Shown here in pieces: positions 49,700 through 60,640 of a DNA stretch of 64,000 bases. The translations under genes were made by a program, and so were the position numbers. Every line of letters starts with the position of its first letter. Position 1 is the stretch's first letter. The notes under the pieces were generated by a model. That model was not told the origin of the DNA, searched no databases, and worked only from the letters and a program-made list of their open reading frames with translations. The stretch is from Takakia lepidozioides (taxonomy: Eukaryota; Plantae; Bryophyta): contig CM060733.1 of assembly GCA_030704615.1 (NCBI GenBank), positions 68,014,001 through 68,078,000 on the forward strand. Direction: 5' to 3'.

Positions 49700-51097
49700 A
49701 TATGGATCCAGGGGACCAGTGAGCTTGGCTTGCGGTCCACATACAATGGTACGCCCATCTTTTCGGATAGTAGAACTGTACTGCTGCCAGTACCTCAGAC
49801 TCTGGCCACACAAAGGTCCGACATATGTCTTGCCTACCAGTAACCTGTTTTGATCGAACTAAGATATTACTATATCGTTCACTTGTTGTATTTTTGTATG
49901 TTGGAGGGTTCATGTTTTTCTGCTTTCCGAAAACTTGCTTTCCTCATTCGACCTCCGACAAGGAAATGCGGCGCCGAATTTCCAAGTATCGTCGTAGGTA
50001 CCCCCAGAGGCGGCCTTCGCCAACACCAACCCGCTCCGAAATTTCGCACGTGCGAACCCTAATGCGGCACCCTATTTCCCAGTTCAGTTGCAAACCTTTC
50101 CCGCCGAATACCCGAAGAAGACAGAATTGTGAAGTACTGCAGACTGTATTGGTGCAGACTCCATTGGTTCAATCGCGGCAAAAGGGTCAGCTTCATTCCA
50201 ATGTTAAGGCATGTAAAACCGCGGAATACTCTATACAGGCCAGTATGCGACGTCCTTTTGCAGTGGTGGTATACTGGATTTCCCGTTGCACGGTCACTTA
50301 TTTCCATGAGCGGATCTAAAAAACCATGAGCGGACTTGTTACTGACGACATATCTTCGCCGCATTACATGATCTGGAACGTCCAAAAACGGCAAGGTCAA
50401 ATAAAAAACTATTATTTTAATACTTGTTTAATCTGCCGCATTTCCAAATTTGGAGGAGTCCGCTCATGAAATCCGCGTATCTTAGACTTCGGCTCACCGC
50501 TCATGCGGCTCATGCGGCTCATGGCTCATGGCTCATGGTTTCTGCTCATGAAATAGTAAACCTCCCTTATTTATGTAGATCATCCAGTTTAGATGAAAAA
50601 AAATAGATGGTAACTCTAGATTCTGTATATTAAGTTTCATCATCCAATAATAAATAAAATCATCCAGATTGGATGAAAAAGGCAGGGATGAAAAAAACTA
50701 AATAACCTCAAAAGGTTAAGGCCAGATGAAATCCAAAGAGTTATAGAGGGAGAGGGAGAGAGGGAGAGAGAGGGACCCTCCAGCCAATCCCCTGGCATGG
50801 CAGAAACTTACGGAGTGAGTGTGGTAGGGACATGTTCATGACCGGTTGAGTGTCAACACGGAGGTGCCACTAGTGTGCATACCAGACCTCTTCTCATAAG
50901 GTTTTCCCTCTTCCATGTAGTTCTATCCTCAGATAATATTTATCCAAAGGAGTAGAATCCTACATCCTCACTTCCTCGGATCAAGATGAAACGATGGCAT
51001 AAAATGTATCATAGCAACACTAGTATAGTATCACTTAGAAAAGAACGTAGAGTTCAATGGTATAACTTAACTCTATATAAGTTTTAGAAAGTACCTT

Positions 51098-53200
51098 TCA
51101 GTTCTCAATAAGCTCTTGTACATGGAAGAGCAGGCCAGGGAATGAACCACGTTCAAGGAATTTTGTCAAGATACGAGCAAGTTTTCTGGTCTTGAGACCA
51201 TTCCTCCCAAGAGTGTTAATTAGAATGCTACACTCCTTCCCAGCCAAATCAGCATTGCTGGAAATGTATAGAATAGGCACAGCTTGTGAAATCACAATGT
51301 TGTAAGATGATTCACAGGCCTATTGGATAAGAACTGGATATATTGAGTGTAAGAGAAAAGAAGAGTCTTTCTTGTCATATTTCTGGAAATGGACTCACCT
51401 GTGTCACAGTTTGAGACTGTAATCTGGATATTCAAGAAACAAGCTTCCAACCCCACGTATTGGGAATCGTTTTAGTGCGTAGTAGTAGCTCAGGTTTGAT
51501 CTCCACTACATTGAGTGGTAGATCCACCAAGGGTGTTGTTGCTGCTTTGTCTGCCCGTGGGTCCAGGAATAGCATTGCATCACCCACATTCAGCCAGCAT
51601 ATATCATCAATGTATCTGAAGGCAGATTTAAACATAGGCATAAGCTGGAATTGTCCTAAAGCTGCAAGCCTTAAGATGAATTTGATTTCATAAGAAAGGA
51701 AGTACATGTTGCACCCATAATGGTGAGCATGAAAAAACCATAGGTATTCCAGAAATCTGTTGCCACACACGGTCCCCTAAGGCGACAAAACAGGTGACAT
51801 AAGCCATTTGTGGAGATAAGTAGTTTGACTTCAGAAAGTTCAATCCAGGTACCTGATTTTGGGGAAGACGTGCCCCATCTGCTTTTCCGAAAGTACCATT
51901 TTTGGCTGGAATCCATAGAGTATGACGTGCTCGGGGGTGGACCAATGGTGTTGCTGGAATGCAATCTTCACCACGTATTCAAGGCGTCCCCTAAGTTATC
52001 CTGTCCTGTCAAAGGTATGTTCTCATAGCATGTTATGTTATGGTTCAGGTTTAGTGTAAAGTCAGTGATGGAGTCAATAATCCAATAGCAGCATAGTATA
52101 TTGGCCCATTCTTTTACCAATGGTAGAAGATCCATGGTAGCCCTTGTAAGAAGGCTAGCAAGTTCACTGAAAACACATTTATGGCATTGGTAATCCATCT
52201 GTATTTTTTCTTATGTAGCTTGTAGATTCCCATAATGTAAGGTAATCTACAGGAGGGAGCAGGTATCTCCGGAATCAGACTCTGTATTTCCACGGAAATG
52301 TTTCCTAGAACAAGGTCAGGTGGCAGCCGTACCTCAGCTTGCTTGCATGGTGTAAAGTCTTTACCCATCAATCTGTGGAAGGCTTGAGTTCTTATGTGCT
52401 TCACACACATAAAACATACGTTGTTGTTAGCCTTGTCAAGACCAGAAAAATACAGGTGATTGAGAAGCCATGAAAGTTCATCTTTTGCCTCTTTTACAGT
52501 AAGAGGATTGCGCTCATGGTGAGTGAAGTCGTACCTTCCTCTGCCGGCTTTTGTTTCAATCTATCCCAGCATGTGTTTTTTACCCATTGGCTGCAGGATG
52601 CGGCCAAGATTCACATGGGTCTATATGTAAAATTTCACAGGTTCTATGGAAAGCCAAAGACACTTGTTCAACAACGTCTTTCAGCAAAGTACGTTTGAGA
52701 GGGATGTGATTCATACCTAGGCTGAATAGTTCTTTCAGCCTTGCGTGTCTAATAATATTTAGGTCCATGGTACGTACGTGTTGCGTAGGTGTAGAACCAG
52801 ATAGATGGAATTCTGTTTTTGTATCCGCATCCCGAAAATCATGAAACCTCTTGGCACTGTCACATAGACAATCTGGTGAGTGAATCAGGTCTTGCATAAA
52901 GCAAAAATCACGGAAAACAGCAGCAGGCTGATAGTATTCAGAGCTGCTTGTTTATGATATGTCCATCCAAAGACTATCTCATCGATGAGAATAGCCAAGT
53001 CATTTTGTCCAAATTCCAAAAAAGCTTCTTTATCAAGTTCCTAGGGTTTATCCACTCCATACCACGGTTTGGGTACAACATATGAATGAATCCCAAGGGA
53101 GCAGGTTTTGCTGCCTGTTTTATGAATTTCCTGCCATGGGCATGAGTTTCAATTTGTCTACAACCATCCTCAAGACCAAACAACGCATCTGCACATGCAA
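51098..53200 (-). pseudogene. Frameshifted Penelope-like (PLE) reverse transcriptase
   Basis: 'HVRTMDLNIIRHARLKELFSLGMNH', 'DKANNNVCFMC', 'PYIMGIYKLHK', 'QQISGIPM', 'FRYIDD' (about 51605) and thumb 'ISQAVPILYISS...LGRNG'. No GIY-YIG recognised. Confidence 0.75.
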
Positions 53201-53229
53201 AGTAGAGGAACATACCAAAAATGAGATTT

Positions 53230-54765
53230 TTAAAGATCTGTCCATGATCCAAAATCTCGTTTGCGTATTGGGGAGAACTCGTCAGTGATACGACGAGTCT
53301 TGTATGACTCCTGGCTGGCGATGTTGATGGTGGTACTGGAATTAGCACCCAAACCACCAAGTGATGACCGATTCGTTGCTCTTGAATTCTCAGAGGTGTT
53401 GGTAGAGTATTGCCCCCTGCCAGAGCGTCCTCCTCTTTGGTAGAGACCTCTTCCACGACCAGGGGTGCCTCTGCCTTGAGTGGCATTGTTCTTGCCTTGT
53501 TGAGGAGGCGTCTGCCCCTCCATACGCTGCCGTTTGTAGCTATTGAAATGTGGCCTGGGAAGGCTGTCTGAAAAAAACCCAGGTTTCACAAGTTTCTCAA
53601 TGTATCTGGCCCCCTTGGATTCTCCTAACTTCCCAAGCAACTTGGCTTGGGGGTCAATTGAGAATTCACAAGCTGCTTCCATTATGAAGCCCCGGGTCAT
53701 CTGGAAGGTAATTTGTGCAAGAACAGCAGATCTGGCAGCCCGCATGATCCATACCAAAAAGCTGTAATACTTGGTTTGCACCGAAGGATAGGCATCATCA
53801 GGGAAGAACACAATCAGATTGTTCAGCATATACCATACCATATGGTCAAACCAAGCAACACTCCCAATGCAAGAAGAGGGTGCCCCTCCTTGTCCACAGT
53901 TACATCTTATGTAGGGACGATGCCAGTTGAAGAGTTGACTCTTGTGATTTTTGGATCTAGCCGAACCAGTCAGCAAGTCATTTTTGGTCCTCAGGGTAAG
54001 GTTCTCACCTTTGTCACAAAGCTTGTAGTAGAAGGTCCTTAGTGACCATGCCACAGCAATAGGTTCCTTTTTTATTCTCTGAAAACCCTCCTTAGCATCC
54101 TGTGCACACCTACTGCGTTCAGCAGGAGTTATGTTGCCCCATTTGACCCACATTTCAATAGAAATGGGTGCCAATAAATTGATATTAGCATGTGGGTGCC
54201 ACATCATGTGATCGTTATTGGCAACCTCGAATTCAACTGCACGGGGAGGCAACCAAGGGACAAACTGCAGATTTCCAGGAGTGGCACCTGCTGCCTTTTC
54301 TTGTTCCACTTGTGAGATTTCTACTTGTTCACAGAATTCTCTCACTGCCTCTTTTTCTTCATCCGGTAAAATCATGTGCCCAAGGATTGGGTGATTACTT
54401 ACAGAAGGGATGAAGTCTTTTTCAGATGTGTTTGTAGATTTCTGCGTGGAGACAGTCTGGTCATCTTCTGGGTTCGCCATTCTAAGAGCTGCCTCAATGG
54501 CTGATCCCTTCTTTTCCCATTGTATCAGCTCCTCGGCATCATCTTCCAGTACCTCAATCATTTTAGTATTGAATTCCTGGAGCTTCTCCAGGTACCTGCC
54601 ATTCTTATTTGCCATGATGCCAAGTGCAACCCAATTTTCCAAAGCCAAGGTTTCAAGTAATAACACGGGGTTTTCATCACCTGAATTTTCCACGGCCTCA
54701 GTATCCATCTTTTGCAATGCAGCATGGAAGTCACTTGGTGTGACTTGTGCGAGGGTTGCCTGCAC
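53230..54765 (-). CDS. ORF1-like protein (511 aa) upstream of the PLE RT, function unknown
   Basis: Uninterrupted ORF with an N-terminal helical/coiled region, a 'CNC..C' segment and an RGG-rich C-terminus. Same strand as, and directly upstream of, the RT. Confidence 0.65.
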   Translation of the reverse strand: MQATLAQVTPSDFHAALQKMDTEAVENSGDENPVLLLETLALENWVALGIMANKNGRYLEKLQEFNTKMIEVLEDDAEELIQWEKKGSAIEAALRMANPEDDQTVSTQKSTNTSEKDFIPSVSNHPILGHMILPDEEKEAVREFCEQVEISQVEQEKAAGATPGNLQFVPWLPPRAVEFEVANNDHMMWHPHANINLLAPISIEMWVKWGNITPAERSRCAQDAKEGFQRIKKEPIAVAWSLRTFYYKLCDKGENLTLRTKNDLLTGSARSKNHKSQLFNWHRPYIRCNCGQGGAPSSCIGSVAWFDHMVWYMLNNLIVFFPDDAYPSVQTKYYSFLVWIMRAARSAVLAQITFQMTRGFIMEAACEFSIDPQAKLLGKLGESKGARYIEKLVKPGFFSDSLPRPHFNSYKRQRMEGQTPPQQGKNNATQGRGTPGRGRGLYQRGGRSGRGQYSTNTSENSRATNRSSLGGLGANSSTTINIASQESYKTRRITDEFSPIRKRDFGSWTDL

Positions 54766-54963
54766 AGCAGGAATTGGAGGAGGTAGTGGGGACTGATACC
54801 CCAGGGCCTATGAGGTCCTCATTCCAGCTAGGACCTCCTTTGGTGACTTTCTGTCAAAACCCCCCGAGAACATTTATCAATATATCAAAATGAGAAGGTG
54901 AAAAGGAGAAAGGTAAGGGTAGATGGTGTGTACAAAAACCACTAAGTACACTAATCAAATAAA

Positions 54964-56710
54964 GAGAGGGAAGATATACATGTCATGTCAAGACATGGAC
55001 AAGACCGCTAAGGTCATTGTCATTGAAAGACAAAACAACCCTTTACAGGGCACCATCTAACATTCTCTTTCATGTTTACAATCTCATTTGAATACCCAAT
55101 TACATTTCAGGGTCTCTAAAAAAACAGGGTGGGAGGGTGGGATTCCAGGTCATTCATATCATGAAAGCACCATAGTACACATCATCATCTCAAGAATCCA
55201 TTTTAAACTCATTTCAAAAACCAGATTGCAGGTTTGGTTTGAAGATGATGTTTTAGAACCAAGATATAAGCAAGATTCTTAAAAAGGAAGAAGAAACAAC
55301 AGGTAGAGCCCCCTTAAGCAGGTATAGGCCTAGAATGGTATTTTAAGGCCTCATAGAATAGTTCTGCCAAGGTGAAAGAGCAGCTCAGAAACCCATGTTT
55401 GTTATCAAGCCATGAAACCAAAATGATATGAGGGCCTTGAAGAATGTGTGTTATCTATCAAAGCCTATCCTTTTGATCCATCAGAGTCATACCGAGAGTT
55501 CTCATTTCAGAGCCAAGTATCAAGGCAGTCAAAGTAATAACTGCTATTTTTGTATCCTTGTATCCTTCATAGCTAAACTCCTACACATGCAAATGTGGTT
55601 GTAAAAAACCATAAACAGGGGTAAGAGAGAAGCAGATCCTCATTGGAGCCATCTTGGAGCAGGTCTGAAGCGGCATGGTGGCAGTTTGAAACAGCAGATG
55701 GCATCAGCAGCTTAGGCAGCAGCAGTATCCACACTTGCAAGAACAGGAACTGCAAGCTTCAAGAAATCAAGACAAGTGAAGACCCTCACTTGTGCCCGTC
55801 CCAAAAACCACCACATAGCGATGTGTGTTAGTGAGGATGCAGCAGGTAAATGGCAGGTCTTCACAGTTGCTATCCATGTCAGTGTTGAATTCTAAAGCAA
55901 GTACAGATCACAATTCAAGCAATGGTAAACTCAAAAAACCTTGAGTGTTTGTGGTATGCCCTGCGCCATGGCGTCCAACAGATCGTCTCCAACAGAACGC
56001 AATCAGAGTAGAAGCGTTCACAGATAGAGAATGGCTCATACACAAAGAGAGAGCAACATGTAATCTGTAGATAAATAGGGATAGAGTACTTCCCAACAAG
56101 GAGGAAAGCGCCGCTGCAAAATAAAGAACCATGAGTTCCTGATCAGAGCAATCACGGCTTTGTCGTCTGCCATAGAAGAATTTGTTTAACCACCAATGCG
56201 CATCCCAAGAGCCAACAATCACGAGTACCATGTAGCAGCAGGGGAGCAGGTTTATACGGCGCATCATCAAGGTTCACTGAAGCACGAGTTCAGTGCTGTG
56301 AAGTGTGTCGGCCTGCTTAGGGCAAAACTTCCCGATTTTTCATCCAGGATGGATGAAATATCACATTTTACCAAGAGAGGCATTTTGTCACTGGATGACA
56401 TCCCATAGAAATGTATCTTTTAGGGTTATGGTATAGGCTTAGGTTAATAACTGCCATCATTTATGATGGTAGTTTTATTATTCTCTTGGATTTTATAATA
56501 GGTAACCATTATTTATGTAGATCATCCAGTTTAGATGAAAAAAATAGATGGTAACTCTAGATTTCTGTATATTAAGTTTCATCATCCAATAATAAAATAA
56601 AATCATCCAGATTTGGATGAAAAAGGCAGGGATGAAAAACTAAATAACCTCAAAAGGTTAAGGCCAGATGAAATCCAAAGAGTTATAGAGGGAGAGGGAG
56701 AGAGGGAGAG
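54964..56710. repeat. Long direct repeat, copy 2 (uninterrupted; holds the empty site of copy 3)
   Basis: Matches 34329-35852 joined to 50573-50770. Confidence 0.9.
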
Positions 56711-57330
56711 AAAGGGAGTGTTGAGGGGGATGAAAAAAAAAAAGGGGGTGGGGGGGGCAGCTGCTCCAGTCACTTCCCCACCCCCCCACCGTTTCCCCCC
56801 CCCCCCCCCCCCCTCAACAGTCCCTCTCTCTCCACATCCTGATGGGACAAAGGGAGACAGAGGGACAGAGAGACAGAGGGAGAGAGAGGGAGAGATGAGG
56901 GAAAAGAGGGAGAGAGCGGGAGAGATGAGGGAAGAAAAGTAAAAAAGAAGGTTTGGGGGGGGAGTGACTGTGCAGCTGCTGCTACTCAGTCACTTTCCCC
57001 CCCCCCACCTTTTCATTTTTTGTATTTGGAATGGTGGAGGGTGCTGAGAGCAGCTGCTGCTGCTGGTCTTAGCGCGCCCCCCCCCCCCCCCCCCCCCCGA
57101 CCTTTCATTTTTTGGTTTTGGCAATGGTGGGGGCGCTGAGAGCTGTAGCAGCAAGTACTTGCTGCTGCTGCTCTCAGTCCCCCCCACCTTTTTTTTTTGC
57201 TTTTTGGAATGGTGGGGGGCTGACAGCAGCAGCAAGTGTTGGTGCTCTCAGCCTATCAGCAGAGAGAGAAAGGGGGAGATGGAGAAGGACATAAAGATAG
57301 AGGGAGAGGGAGAGAGGGGAAGGGGGAGGG
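56690..57330. repeat. Low-complexity GA/poly-G/poly-C tract with short inverted CAGCAGC modules
   Basis: Homopolymer and GAGAGG runs. Confidence 0.7.
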
Positions 57331-57404
57331 TCAGGCCTTGTTTTGTTTTTGGCATGTGAAATCACATGGTAGTAGTGTTGTGGGCACAAGGATAAGCTAG
57401 TAGT

Positions 57405-59609
57405 ATGGCGAAGGACAAGGAGAAGGGGCCGCCGAAGGAGCAGAAATCGCATGCCGCTAAGGTAGGGAAGCTTGACAACGCTCCCGTCATTGACGGCGCG
57501 TGACACGGTCCACTTGGTCAAAACTCACCAGCCCTATAGGCGGCTATGTGAGAGGACCAAGCCATAAGGCCGTCGAGGCCTCCACGCCCTTGAAGGTTGA
57601 GGCTGGGGATGAGCCTCCACTTGAGGGTGGTGCACCCAATGTTCAGGCTGGGACGCCACCCCACGGGCTGATGGAGGGCCCTGACTTTTACACGGGGAAG
57701 CGCATTCTCAGATCTGCCACCAGGTATGGGCAACTTGATCTTAGCCCCACCGCCAATGCCTTTTCCCCTTCTTCTGCAGCCAAGAGGGCTTATAAGGGGG
57801 GGGGGGGGGGGGGGGCTCACAAGGGGGTGGGTTCCTCCTCACCTTGGGAGAAGAGGGAGGCTTCAAAGGAGGCCGCAATGAGGTGGAAGGAGGAGGAAAG
57901 GAAGAGGGAGGAAGACAAGAAGAGGGAAGAGGGAAATAAGGGGGCACGGGAAAGGGAGGGGGAAGAGGAGAGGGTGACACTGGCTATGGAGGGCCCCTTG
58001 CGAAGTCCGTCGCCTGAACGGTCAATGATGAAGACCCCGGACTTTGGGGCGCCGCCTGCGAGCCTATTGAGTGCATGGGATAGGCTTCCACCCTTATTCC
58101 GAGAGGGCGTTATGGGGGGTGCATCACAAGCGGGGACCGAGGGCAACATTGAGGTCATGGACGCAAAGGTGAGCCTTTGCATTTCATTTTGTTTCTAATT
58201 TTGTGGGTTTTGTGTTCAGGAGCTTGGCGCATTCGTGGCTAAGCTTGTGGCAAGCAGTGGGATTGCCACCGACAAAGCAGGGACAGTGGTGGTGCCTACC
58301 CGTGGGGATGGTAAAAGGAAGAGGAAAAGACTTCGTGTCCCCCAGGTTCGCCTAATCATCGAGGAGGGTAGGGAAGTAGTGGAGGGGGGGAGGGAAGTAG
58401 TGGAGGGGAAGGGGAACGGACAGGCCCAGGAGAGGGAGCGTAAGAGAAAGAGACGTAGAAGGAGAGAGGTGCAGCCGGGGGAGGGCACTAGTGGGGGAAC
58501 AAAAGACAAGGGGGAGCTAGTTCAGATGAGCGTGCAACCGGTGGAGGGCATTAGCGGGGCAACAAAAGACAAGGGAGAGGTAGTTCAGAAGAGCGTGGAC
58601 GAGGTAAAGACCTCGGGTCCCCGCAACCTTGATTTGCCAAAGATGAAGGTGCCCCCCTTAGAGACCAATAAGGTCGGTGACCCCATTGGTGAGTATTGGG
58701 AGGCCATGAAAAAAGTAGCCTTCGACTTGGCGGTGAGGTGGTTCCCTTGGAATATTGATTGGCCACGCCAATCACATCGCCATAGGCGAGCATTCGTGCA
58801 AGCACTTGAGGGCACATTTCCGGGTGAGTGGAATGAGGGGAAGCTCTTGGAGCTGGTGGGAAAGAACCTCAAGGACAAGAGGTACCGTGCGCAACAAACC
58901 ATTTGCAAGGCACTCAAGGCGGGGGTCGAACCAACGACCATGCCACATGGAATAACCAAGGTAAGACGCACTTCACTTGTCATTGGCATCTTTGAATGCA
59001 TGTTCATTGCGGTATGGAGTTCATTAACATTTTTAGTGTCTTTGTTGGGGCTGGACAGGAATCTTGGGAGGCTCTCATCGCAGGGGAGAGGGAAGAGCTG
59101 AAGGCGGAGATCTTCACAAGGGGACGTACGGCAACTGTAGCTCACCTTGAGAAGTGTGTGGAATCAACACACAAGTGGGGCCCCGGCGGAAGCAAGAGCT
59201 TTGTCACCCGATTTGTAAGTGTTCTTTCTCTTGTCATACCCATTCTTCTTTTTTAGCTTCTCCCTTCCATTTATGAATTCTAACCTGTCATTGCATTTGT
59301 ATGTCATGTGCAAAAAAGAAGTTTCAGAGGCCTCCCTCCGCCATCGAGCACAACTTTTGCAAGACTCAGGGGTGGAAGGCCCTTGTAGCCTCAATGGCCA
59401 AGACACCACAATTGACGGAGGATAGTGCATCTGTAGGGGTGGGGATGGGTAGTTCAGTGGCTCGGCCGGATGGGGGAGAACCAGTAGTAGGGGGTGGTTC
59501 GAAGGATGATGTAATCTCGGACTCGGCCTCATCATCCTCCAAATTGGAGGCCCAACATAGCTTGCATTCCTCGGACGAGTACACCTATGACTCAGGTGAT
59601 GAGGAGTGA
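57405..59609 (+). CDS. Spliced CACTA (En/Spm) TnpA/ORF2-like gene, probably degenerate
   Basis: 'WFPWNIDW...LKDKRYR...PHGITK|ESWEAL...THKWGPGG' resembles the En/Spm TnpA (Transposase_24-like) pattern. GT-AG introns near 58169, 58961 and 59214. Lies upstream of a CACTA end. Confidence 0.6.
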
Positions 59610-59849
59610 GGGATGGTTCCCAGTTAGAGACATGTATAGGTAGTACTCGCTTTATGTATATATATTTTCAGTTGCCATTTTGATCCTCATTCTAACCTTA
59701 ATGGACATGTGGATTTGGTGTGTCGACCTATAGATTAGAATGCATGCAATTCATGCAAGCACGAGGCACACCCCAACCCCCAAGAAACCCCCCCAAACAA
59801 AAAAAAAACCCCCAAAACCTCACCCCAAATACCAGCTGGCTACCCTCCC

Positions 59850-60569
59850 ACCTAGCGACTCCGGCACGACGGTCGGGGGCGACCAGCGACGCTCTTGCGA
59901 TTCCCAGCAGTCGCAACAGAACCACGCCAACGCAGAGCTAGCAACGCCGCCCAGGGGCTGCGATGTTTTGCGACTCCAGGGAGTCGCACACGAACGTGCC
60001 CTCCCATGGAGCTAGCGACGGCCCCCGGGGGCTGCGACGTCCGTGCGATTCCCGGGCATCGCTAGAGAACCTCCCTACCCATGGGGGTCTAGCGACGCCC
60101 CCAGATGGCAGCGACGTCATGGCGATTCCCGGGCGTCGCCAATCCCTAGGCAGAATAGACCCCATCTGCGATGTCCAAGCATCGCAGAGCGGGGGCTTTA
60201 ATGTCCCAGGTTGCGACGTGCCGGCGACGCCGGCACGTGGCTATTTCTGGGGATGGGCGGCGTCCTTGCGACTGCCCATGACGCAGGGGGAGGGATGGAC
60301 CCCCCTCCCTGCCCTTTGTTGCGACTCCCGGGAGTCACCATATTGCAACGCCCTGAACGGGTGGCGTCATTCCGCCGTCGCTGGTCGTGGCTAGGGGGAC
60401 CCGAGGGATTAGCGATTCCCCTAGGTCGCTAATCTGTGACGTTCCGGGAGTGACGTCGGACCGACGTGGCGGCGACTTCCCGACGTCGCAATTTGTCCCC
60501 GGCGCGCCCCGGGTGCTGTAGTGTATTTCCGTCGCTAGGCGCGGCGTTTGGAGGTCGCTGAGGCATCGC

Positions 60570-60613
<44 letters not shown>

Positions 60614-60640
60614 AAAAAAAAAAAAAAAAACGTAGTAGTG
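59850..60640. mobile_element. CACTA right end: subterminal GCGAC/GTCGC repeats and terminal ...CGTAGTAGTG
   Basis: The reverse complement of 60631-60640 is CACTACTACG. It is preceded by dense direct and inverted GCGAC(G) motifs, and gypsy gag starts abruptly at 60641. Confidence 0.8.

Larger units (their letters stand above)
35853..50566. mobile_element. Near-complete 14.7-kb Mutator-like DNA transposon carrying a ParB-methyltransferase gene (copy 3), TSD TTATTT
   Basis: Ends GGGGGCTGCTATTTCATGAG and CTCATGAAATAGTAAACCTCCC, with subterminal CATGAGC repeats. TTATTT at 35847-35852 and 50567-50572. A single TTATTT marks the empty site at 56509-56514. Confidence 0.95.

Noticed and set aside
34329-56710. 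Direct repeats as true LTRs of an LTR retrotransposon
   Set aside because: No TG...CA ends, PBS or integrase seen, and the enclosed RT has Penelope-like motifs.
57369-57377. GTAGTAGTG as the left end of the CACTA element
   Set aside because: Wrong orientation for a left TIR and no subterminal repeats; the left end was not found in the window.
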